Notes under the pieces: generated by a model
The model's database searches: none
Seen by the model: only the letters and a program-made list of their open reading frames with translations
Told to the model about the DNA's origin: nothing
Shown here: positions 13,107 through 24,000 of the stretch, in pieces
Layout: the number at the start of each line of letters is the position of its first letter
Numbering within the stretch: the first letter of the stretch is position 1
Made by a program: the position numbers and the translations under genes
Assembly (NCBI GenBank): GCA_000934665.2
Contig: KZ538319.1
Span: 1-64,000 of the forward strand
DNA: 64,000 nucleotides
DNA from: Catajapyx aquilonaris
Lineage: Eukaryota
Direction: 5' to 3'

Positions 13107-16100
13107 TTGAAAATTCCAGTGGGTTGAGGTCATCCTGTGCCAGAATCTTCCCTGCCCGCACAGACTTCCTGAGATGAATTGCTACATAAGCGTCTGGGAT
13201 GAAATGATAGTACTTCCGACCTTTAAAGTAATCCTCACGAAGACCCAGGAAGTTCTCAAAGTAAGAGACACATTGTACTCTACATATGCGCGCATGGTTA
13301 ATTTCTATAGGAGAGGGTGTTTCAGAACACTACCGACAAACTCTTAGGGTGACCTAGCGAAAGCCAGATGATCACCTGATAGTATATAGGGAGGCCATTT
13401 TTTGGTCTACGTTGTCCAATTACCAAAATAACGGGCTATTGATCAAATAGTATAGGATGTGCAAAGCGCAAGATAGTGCAATGTCCGTAATGGTACATTT
13501 TGTGAACTCCCCCGGGTGGATTAGTCTAGCGGAGATTCCACCCGAGACGAAGCCAAAGACGACCCAACTCTGCACGAGATGAAGGGGGAAGACCCCGCGC
13601 TGGGATCGAACCCGGGACCCTTCCATCCGTGGGTGCATACGTTGCCGCAGCGCCCAATCTTACAATAGAGACTCTAATCTATTATTATATGTAAATAATT
13701 CCGAAATGTTATAACGATATTCATCCAGGTCAAATTCTTAGAGCACGGTCTGGATCACAGGATTTACAGCTCATTAAAATTATTGCCAGATATTATTTTC
13801 ACTGCAAACTTTCAATAACACTACATAATTAACGAAGAGGCTTTTAATGGGTCATCCAACACTTTTAATCTGAAAATATTGTGTTGCCAAGTATACGAAT
13901 GCAATCTCAAATAAGGAACCGCAAACGTCGCAAGATAAAAGGTAGGATAGGAGGGTAAGCCCAAATGTTACGATGGATCATATGGAGGAGGATGTGGGTC
14001 AAAATGGTCAAAAATTAATCACGTAATTTATGGACGCCCCCATTATAGTTGCTTGAAACATGTATGCAAAATATAGGCTATATACACGCTCCTTCATCAA
14101 CCAGCACATCTGTACTGTTACAGCTTATGTCCATGCTAATCACGGAGATGGAAACGCCTGATAAAGGAATAACCTTCCAAGAGATAGAAAACATGACCGG
14201 TGTCTTCTTGAATATGGCAGCGATGCAGCAAACAATGATAGATCGTTGCACCTATATGATGCTGACCGGTGTGAGATTCCGAGTGGAGCAGGAGCACATG
14301 CTGATGAAGATCTACAGGTAATTGCATAATAGTAGAGCACCTGCACAAACTTTCTTGCTTCATGAAACTTTCAGTTTAGTACATGATTATTTACATTGTG
14401 GTAGTGTGAAACAGCTTTACTCCAAGAAATTTTGTGCGAACCTGAGTGTTCAAAGGAGTGTCTACGCGTACAGCATGAGTTTAAAAAATTATTGTGAAAT
14501 AATTTATTCCTCACTTCAGATCAGGCGCAGGTATGGCCATGGCCCTATGGTGCAATACGACCTTAACTCCTGAGCACTACACCTGTGTGATTCCTGAAAT
14601 GGGCTTCACTTTCATTCTGCCTGAGGCACTTCACGATCTTGATACAGGAGTTAGGATTATGCATCTCAGATATGATAACTTCTCAAGAACTACAAAATCT
14701 TTCTTTCCTCCTCCGCGGATCCATGAGCGATCATTAGGTATGGGTACAACGTGATTTTATTACTGAATATCCTTTAACCTTCATACAACTTCGTAATTAT
14801 TCCAGACTTCGCGGACTATGTGGGCCGGACTTGGGCTAGTGAATTCATGGTAGATGGGGAGGTAGATATTAACCAGGTCAAGCCAGAGGAGGAACCAAAG
14901 GAGCCAGAGGCAGAGCCAACGATGCAGGCGGTTGGTTTACAGCCAGTTTGTGAGTATAGATTTTTAAAAGAATATACATTTTCGCATGCTTATTACCTAC
15001 TGCAGTCTAACATGATACTAATAATGAAAGACAAGGGGGAGAAAGTGGTTCTGGCTTGAGATGAGAATGGCCACATCTGACTACCAGTACTGGTAAGTTG
15101 TAAATATGAATGCAACAATATCTGGATTATGTCCACGTCATGGTAGCATGAATGGATTCCTAAAAACCAGAGGACTGGTAATCCTTGGAGCTGGAAGACA
15201 GTTCAAGAGGCATACTTTTTTTTTGTTACACTCCGTGCTAGGGCCCTAGGCTCTTAGGGGAGTGGAATACCACCATCGGTGCAGGGGACAGGATAGGGGT
15301 CGTGTGCAGTCCCTCGGGGGGCCCGTTCGCCAAGATGACTCCCTGGATGTGGGTCAGAGACTCCCCACCGCCACCGCACCTCCTCATGGACGGGACAAGG
15401 ATAGGAAAGGAAGGGAGCTGCCGTGGCCTTATTTAGAAAGCAATCCCGGAATTCTCCTGGGGGAACCGTGGGAAACCACAGAAAACCACGGTCAGGGTTG
15501 CTGGCCCCGGGACTCGAACCCAGGACCTCCCGATTAGCAGTCGAACACCTTATCAAGAGGCATACTAATGGATACCTGAAGCATTTGGGAAGGGTTTCAA
15601 GAACGAAATTGGTATAGAAGAGAGAAGATAAACTCGGTAGTGATAGTAATGTCTATGTTGCCTATTGCACACAAGAAAAGTAGTATCAAAAATTCTTCTG
15701 ATACCTGATCAGTGCTTGATTAATGTAAAGGCTATTCAAAGCACAAGAGGTCTGACATTTGCATAACACCAGGATTTGAGTGTCTATCCTAACCCTTCTA
15801 CACCTAGCATCCAGAATGGCAAGGGCACCATCATAACCATCTGCGAATATTGAGTATGCATTGTCTGAAGTAAGGATACTAATAATGGTTGTTGGGCCAA
15901 CTCACCATTTTTTTTAATTGTACCCCGTTCTCGGACCTTGGGCCCTTATTGGGGGAGTGGGATACCCCCATTTGTTTGGAACCGTACACTGGATGTGTTT
16001 AGTTGTTCCAAGGGTAAGTAGGAGGGGATGTGCAACGTGCAAGTGCAATGTCGTATATTGGTCATTTTGTGAACTCCCCCGGGTGGATTAGTCTAGCGGA

Positions 16101-17989
16101 AATTTCCACCCGAGACGAAGCCAGAGATGGCCCAACTCTGCACGAGATGAAGGGGGGGAACCCCGGGCTGGGATCGAACCGTGGGCGCGTGCGTTACCGC
16201 AGCACCACTCCGTCTCCCCGCAACTAACAAATATTAACATCTAGTAACACCTTCTCCATCATTACTACCCATATCACTTCCTGTCCATACATCATTGACC
16301 TTTTACCAATTGTTCTTCCCTCACATAATCTCCGAAGTCAAGGGTAAACCAAAAGGAAAAGGAAAAGGCAGGAGAGGCAGTGGCAAAAGAGGATCTTTGC
16401 AATCTGATTCACTCTACATGGATATGGATGATGACGGAATCTCTGAGTTAGGGGAGACTGTTTACCCGGGGACATCCAGGACGTCGCCCTCCCAGAACTC
16501 TCTGTCTATGGAGAGAATCACTGACGGGCAGCAGAATGATTTCAAGAGGAAGAGCAGAAGAAGCAGTGCTGGTAGTGGAAAGAGCAGCTCATCTGGAACC
16601 ATAGGTACTAGAGGCAAGAAAAATAAGAAGACCAACAAGGGATTCCTAGAACCACTTATTGAGGAAGTGATTCCGGAGGAAATTGACTGTGCGTTATCTT
16701 TTATTTTTCACTTGTTTAATTCTACAAAAGAACAATGCTGGTAATTATTTCTTAGACAGTGTCGACAGTGACCTGCATTGATGATAAAAATTCCCTGTTC
16801 AATTTACAGGAAATGATCCCAAATTAAAGGGACTCTGTTGAGGGTGAAATACTAGAGAGAAGCATAGTCGTTCATAACTCTTTGAATATCCTGTTTCATC
16901 CCCACAGAAATGTTTTGTGAGATAATCTTTCCTTTCCCTGCAAATATTATGGCTTGTCTAGTCTTTCACATTCAATCTGCAGTGTATGAATTAGTAGTTG
17001 TGTTGTACTTGCAGTCGGCAACTGATTTTTATTTAGTGATTTAAACTTAACATTAACATAATACTCAAATTCCCATATACCGTGCACAGTGGAAAAGGTC
17101 AAGGAAAATCAGATTCGTGAGTCGCTCACATACCACTGTCGACCAGGAGAAGTCAACCTTCGTAAGTGTTCTATCCTAGCAGGAGTTCTGCAATTCGACA
17201 TGCTACATCTTCCTATCCAGCCGATTAGGTACCATCGTTGGGTATCACTTCAAGGTGAGTGTTCATTAGTAATATACAGGTACTGCACCAACAAGTCCCA
17301 GACTTCTTGATTATTTAAATGATCTTCTATATTCTGACCTCAAATTGATAGATCGAGAAATATGCCTAACTGATTAAGTGGAAAAAACTTAAATCGGAAC
17401 CCTTCAAACCCTATATGATTACCAAATTGATATAGTATACTCTCATAGCATATGGGTGCATAGAAATATTAAAAGCAAAAGTAGTTTAGGTTATGGAAGA
17501 GTTGAACTTGCAGCATTATGCTGGTGTAAAGAGGCCTGGTGGCAAAAAAAAACAAAAAATGGCGGAGTCCAGGGTACCTTCGACATGTTCACCTTATTGG
17601 AAGTAGCATATCATCATGCAACATAATGAAAAATGTATAGTGAGGCTATTCTTGAGTCAATATAGATTCAGGCGGCGTGTACTGTACGTTCCAGCCTCAA
17701 GAAAATGAGGTGCTCAAAGGCAAAAGCCAAAAAAATCTAACAGTTGCTTCTGAGTCATGTGAGAAAAATATATGACATCAAATTAATATACTGTACTAGC
17801 AATTGAAGAGGGGAAGCGGAGTGGCGCTGCCGTAACGCATGCGCCCACAGATGTAAGGGTCCCGGATTCGACCCCAAGGCCGGGCGCCTCCCGCCTCGCT
17901 AAAGGTTCCAGCTGTGTACAATAATTTGTACAACAAGTAAATAATAAAGGTCCATGAAATACCCCAAGTGGGGTCTAAGCACTACCCGG

Positions 17990-18063
<74 letters not shown>

Positions 18064-21000
18064 AAGCAGTTGAACAATAACAGATTTATGATTCGAATGA
18101 CTCATTACATATTTTATCATTTTCACTTCTCTATATGGTACTGTATAATGTATTGCACCACAGCATATTTTGTGGTTAGGATTCTTGTCCTTTCTTTTGT
18201 TGCCTACTATACTAATACTAAAGTACGAGGTTTTAAAGGCAATGATCCAATTGTTTCATTGGCAATATTTAGAATACAATAAGTACTATATCGCTGAATT
18301 CTGGATAACAATCGGCTGAGTATAGTGTCTGCCACTCTCCTGAAGGCTGATAAAATGAACGGGTTTCTCAATCACTTGTAATCCAAAAGATTTGGCAGAG
18401 ATAAGCTGCACTTATCACCATTCTAATCTGCGTTGTTTTCCAATAACAAATTGAAACTACGATTGCAACGAGTTGCTGATGTCACACGGCACTTCGATAG
18501 TGATATCACCTCTCATCCTCCCTCACCTTCATTTGTTCCACCTACAATTATGTGACAGTGCTCTGTACGATGTAAAGATGTGGGTGATCCGGTTGTGCAT
18601 TTTTTCAATTGCGGTGACTCTTATTGCATCTGAATCGTGGATGCTACGTGAAAACGAGGCATTAAATAGAGGAGAAGACTATTTTAGATTCAACCCAGAG
18701 ACATTGGCGGAACAACTGAGGACTACATGTCTCCAATGTTCCTTTCATCGCGCCGAAGTGAAGCATTGTGAACTACTTGACGGTTTGATTCTCAACTGCA
18801 GCCAGTCAAATTCCCAGTATCATGGTTCAAACCGTATCAGTGAGAAAATTCACAAAAATACTTTCAGTGACCAGAATGCGAAAGCCATAATAATAAGTGG
18901 CTTCCGATCGTTACACAGTCTGGATCCAGGAGCATTCAATGGAACAAGCCTCAAAGTTCTCTCACTGGCAGGGAATGGTCTCCAGGAGTTCCAGTATGAG
19001 GATTTCCGGGGACTGCCAAATCTGATCTCGCTTGATATTCACGACAACAACATTTCCCTCGGCCAACTAAAATGGACTAATAGCACAAATGAGACTGTGT
19101 TACCCAATCTCAAGTTTCTTGGACTTGGGGTAAATCCCCTCCAGGAGTTACCACCTGGATTTTTTTATCCGCTGAGAGAGAGTAAATTAGCAGAACTATG
19201 CCTTGGAAATGGGAACCTGGAGAGGATTAATCATGGTGAGTTCATAATTATTCAACCTACATTGTGAGTCATGATGTCCCTAAGTGTAGGGAAAGTGAAG
19301 CAAAATATTATTAATAATAATTCGTGGCTATTCCAAACGTGAAGGATGATTTAATTTAGCCTACTATTAGCAGCTATAGAAATATTCTTCCAAAGTACCT
19401 GCTTAAAAATAAACAGCTGAGGGACAAAATAGCCATGTAAAATGGACATCTCAATTGGAGCATGCTGCATACAGGGCGTTACGTAATAATGATGACAACA
19501 TTAACTAAGGTGAACTCCTGGGCACCAGAAGGTCACTTTATGTAGAGGTAGCATTTTGGTCTCGCAGCTTCGTTTTTACTGCGGTAATTAGCCTTATTAA
19601 AAGAGTGAATTACACACCATCTTGCACGCAGCAAACACATCCTGTGACACTCACATTCATTCGAGCACTACCTGCTACACCTAATGAGGCCGCAATTTAA
19701 ATTAATATTGATATTGCATCTCAACACCCAACTAAATTTAAATTCAAATATTCAAATATCTGCTACAATAGTTATTTTGTACCTTGTACTTGGTATTTGC
19801 AGCCAATATTGGCAGGCAATGAGTCTGTGGAGACGAAATGACATCTCTTCAAAAGGTGATCCTCTAGTCCACAAGAGTTCAGAATAGGGTATTTTTTGTT
19901 AACTGTTGTCCCCAAATATGGCTTGCGTGTACAGCCAAAAATATGAAGATAACCCGTACGTTGCAAGACGCCAATGAGTTAATCACTGGAAAATAAATTG
20001 GTGATATTTCTCTGCGCCAATGCACAAATATGTAGCAGCACACTGTACTGTACACCATGCCTTATATACTAATAGCCTGCTAATAGCGCATATTCACAAT
20101 ATTGAGAAAGTCACCAGTGGGTTTTTAGACAATTTGTGGGGGGGTGGGGGGTGGGGAGCATTCCAACAAAAGTCGTCATCTTAAATTTTTTGGCCACAAT
20201 TCCATTTCGGAAATATTCCACTAAAATGACATATATTGACTTTCTGCTCCTTTTTTATGCTCTTGTTGCCAAATACGTACCTAGTGTGTGCCCTGAAAAT
20301 CTCATTCATAGTAACTCATAACTGTTAATCTCCTCTTCCAGACACCTTTGCACCACTGAAGTACCTGGAGCACTTAGACCTGCGTGAGAATTCAAAGCTG
20401 ATTCCAAACCTGGACCCCATGATATTCCAGCATTTACGAAATGGCAATTTCCGATTTCTCGGATTATGCTTGAACAATATAGACAACACCACCAATGTTC
20501 AGCTGAAGACTATACTTAAGCCCATTGCAGACAATCTTGAGGTGCTCAACTTAGGTGACAACATATTTGACGAGCTCAGGCCAGATATGTTTCCAGAAAA
20601 AATGCCAAATTTAACAAAGATCCAGCTGGTCGGGTGTAAAATATCAAAGATTTGGACTACATTCTGGAATGCCTGTCCATCATTAGAATACGTCTTCCTT
20701 GGCCAGAACTACCTAATCAGTGTTCCAGATGCAAAATCCAGTCCAGTTAAATATTTGGACATGAGCTATAATGGGCCACCCCAAACAAGTCTAAATAAAA
20801 ATCCATTCACAATTCCCAAAGGGGCATTTAAGGACTTTACCCATCTAAAGTACTTGATATTAAGTAATACGTGGATCCAGACGATTGCCAAGGAGTCCTT
20901 CAGTGGGGCAAGAACAATTGAGTACTTGGATCTTAGTGGCACTAAACTTGAGGAAATACAAGCAGGTGCCTTCCACCACTTATCAAACCTCCACAACCTG

Positions 21001-24000
21001 CAGCTGCACCAAAATCCAAAGTTGAAGTACACACCTGGAATGTTTGATGGACTTTTGAACTTAATAAACATGTCACTGTCTGGATGTAACTTGGATTTCA
21101 ACATTGTAGATACTGCTGAAAACCATCGTGTGAATAATGGCTGGAATTCGAAGAGTGAGTTCTTTAATAACTGGAATGAGGATGAGTGGAATGTGGGTAG
21201 TGACCTGAATGATGATTGGAATATTGATTCCAGTAACACAAACGAGAACTGGAATGTTGATTACTATTACCAGAACGGAAAGGGTAGCAACTGGAATACA
21301 TGGGTTGCACAACCTGGAACCATACCATTTGAGGGGCTCCATAACTTAACCCATCTTAACCTGTCCAACAATGCCGTTGATGTTGTATATTCAAAATGGT
21401 TTGAGGGACTCACTGGCCTGCAGGTACTGGACCTCAGCAACAACCGACTCACATCATGGCATCATGAGGCATTTACTCACAATACAGCTTTACACACTCT
21501 CAACCTGACCAACAACCAGGTGGCACTCATATCTGACAGCATGATGCAGGAATTCAACCGCATCCGATATGTGCGCTTATGTGCCAACCCGCTGATATGT
21601 GATTGCAATTCACAGAAATTCTTCTCTGTCAAGAAGTGTCGCTGTGACGAATATGCGACTGAAGAGGTACGACATCCAAACTACTGTGTGAATATACAAA
21701 CAAAACAATATGTGTATACACTACAGGATTTAGAACAACTGAAACTGTGTGAGATGCCAGAGTCACCATTCTTGATTGCTGGTATGGTGATTCTCTCCAT
21801 TTCAATGATGGCTGTGTTCTCAATATGGGTGTATCGGACTAAACGGTGGTACGTGAAGTACTATGCTCTTGTTGCACGTCAGAGGTTTTGTCGTCCGCGA
21901 ACTTTGTCAACAAACGTACAAACATGCGATTATGACGCATTCTTGAGCTACAGTGATGGAGATCGTACATGGGTCTTTGAAGAGCTGGTACCACGCATGG
22001 AACAGGAAGAGTCGATACGTTTGTGTGTGCGTGAACGTGACTTTTCCCCAGGTGATTCTTTAACAGCGAATGTGGTTGGTGGAATTGATCGCAGTGCATC
22101 GGTCATCCTGGTTCTTTCTGACACTTATGTTGATGACCCCTGGCGCCTTTTTGAAGTTCAGGTCGCACACCACCGTTTGCTTGAGGGTCAGTTAGAAGGC
22201 ATAGTTGTAGTGTGCTTGGCAACTCTTCCAAATTCATGGAGACAAGCCGGGAGTAAAGTGCTCGCGTTTGTGGCTCGTACACAAGTGAAATTGAGATGGA
22301 CAGAACATCCTGAAGGCAAGAATGTGTTCTGGAAACAGCTGGGGAGAAGGGTCAGGGAAGTTGCAGCACCAGAAAGGGTCCTGCCAGTTGTGACTTGAAG
22401 TGGTCAGACACTTCCACCACTACAATGATAAATACTCTATTCTCTCTATGACTATAAATCACATCTCAAGTGATGCCTAAAAGTGTTGTAGTACCTACAT
22501 GGTCTTGCCTTACCTACCAGCTTCACTATTCATATCATAATTTAAGCGTGCCCTATGATAACTATAGCACATATGTTCCTTTCCTTACTGACCAACACAT
22601 CATCTAGCCAAACATTAGCATCATAATATTATTACAACGGCTGAGGTCGGTGACTTTTCTCCGGGTGGTAGAAAAGTGAGAGTGCGCCTTCCTTCGGAGG
22701 GGAAGTGAAGCCGTCGGTCCCGTGTGCTTGTGACATTGCACGAGTGCACGTTAAAGATCCCCAGAGTGGCCAAATTTCCAGGAGGAGGACCACCCCCAGG
22801 CGTCGGTGTTGAGCCTAGCGGCAGAAATAGGGAGACGTTAAGCCCCCACTGAAGTTCCTATAACCTGAACAGTACACCCTGATCATATTTTGTAGCATGA
22901 CTTCCCCACCATAATACTAAAGGATTCTTTGAGTATCTAAAGCGTAATTTATTATTACTGTGCACCACTGTTACAGACTCTGAAAGTAATAATGAGGTAT
23001 GACCTGCCTCACCTGGCATGATACAACTGCATATGTTTGACTCTTCCATACAATAGCATGAGTATGTAATCGGCATATATCAAAGTGACTACACTTTTCC
23101 CCGGCATGCCTTTACCAATCCCATCAAGTGTCCATTTTTCTCCCTTACTCACTCCCAACCAGACGCAGATGAACCGTGGCTGAAGTACGTAAAATTTGAG
23201 GCAGACTACAAGCCTCCACCCTCTGTAGATGCCCAACAGTCTCTTGGAGCTAGAAAGGATCCTGAGGAACTAGAAAAAGAAATGAAGGCTCAAGAGGAGG
23301 AGCTTCTCAAGCTTATAGCTGTTCATATCAGGTAAGCAATAACCTTTTAGTTATTGCAAATTTCGCCCGAAGTTGTTATTTTTGTGTAGCTTTTTTTTTT
23401 CTCCGATCGAGGTGCTCAATTATTCCCACATTGATTATATCACCAGCTGCTATATTCGACCACACCTGAGAATAATAATATGTATCATAATTTAGCTTGC
23501 AGCAGTATCGGCTAAAATGTTGCGGACTGTTGCATCAAGTTGGTATTCCTGAGCGCGTCATTTTAATTGGTCAGAGCGTGGGTCACAAGAACCGAACACG
23601 CATCTTTCCTGCGCAGTCCCTCGGTAATTCTCTGATTTTCCTCCCTTCCAGGATGCCAACAGGACTTGTGTGCGTTAGTGACATTTATGCCGATACGGGC
23701 AGAAGCTAAATTATGAAACACAAGGTTTATATGGATTTAATAATATACATTTTTGTGTGCCTATTCACTTTTACAAAAAAATAGCTTGCCAAAGTACATC
23801 TTGTGGTTCGAGCCTCCAACCATCTGCCGTTGGAATGAAGAGGAAAAAATGTGGGATACATCCTGTTTCTATGACTACAAGTACAATGAGGAGACAATGC
23901 TCTTGTCTGTCAAATCCACTCAATTTGGAAGCTATGGCCTGATACAGAACCGATTTTTGAACCTGCCCTACCAGAGCTGGGAGATGAGGCCAGATCAAGA

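Noticed and set aside
20766..22099. Minus-strand ORFs overlapping the TLR
   Set aside because: They are antisense shadows of a long coding exon with no recognisable motifs.
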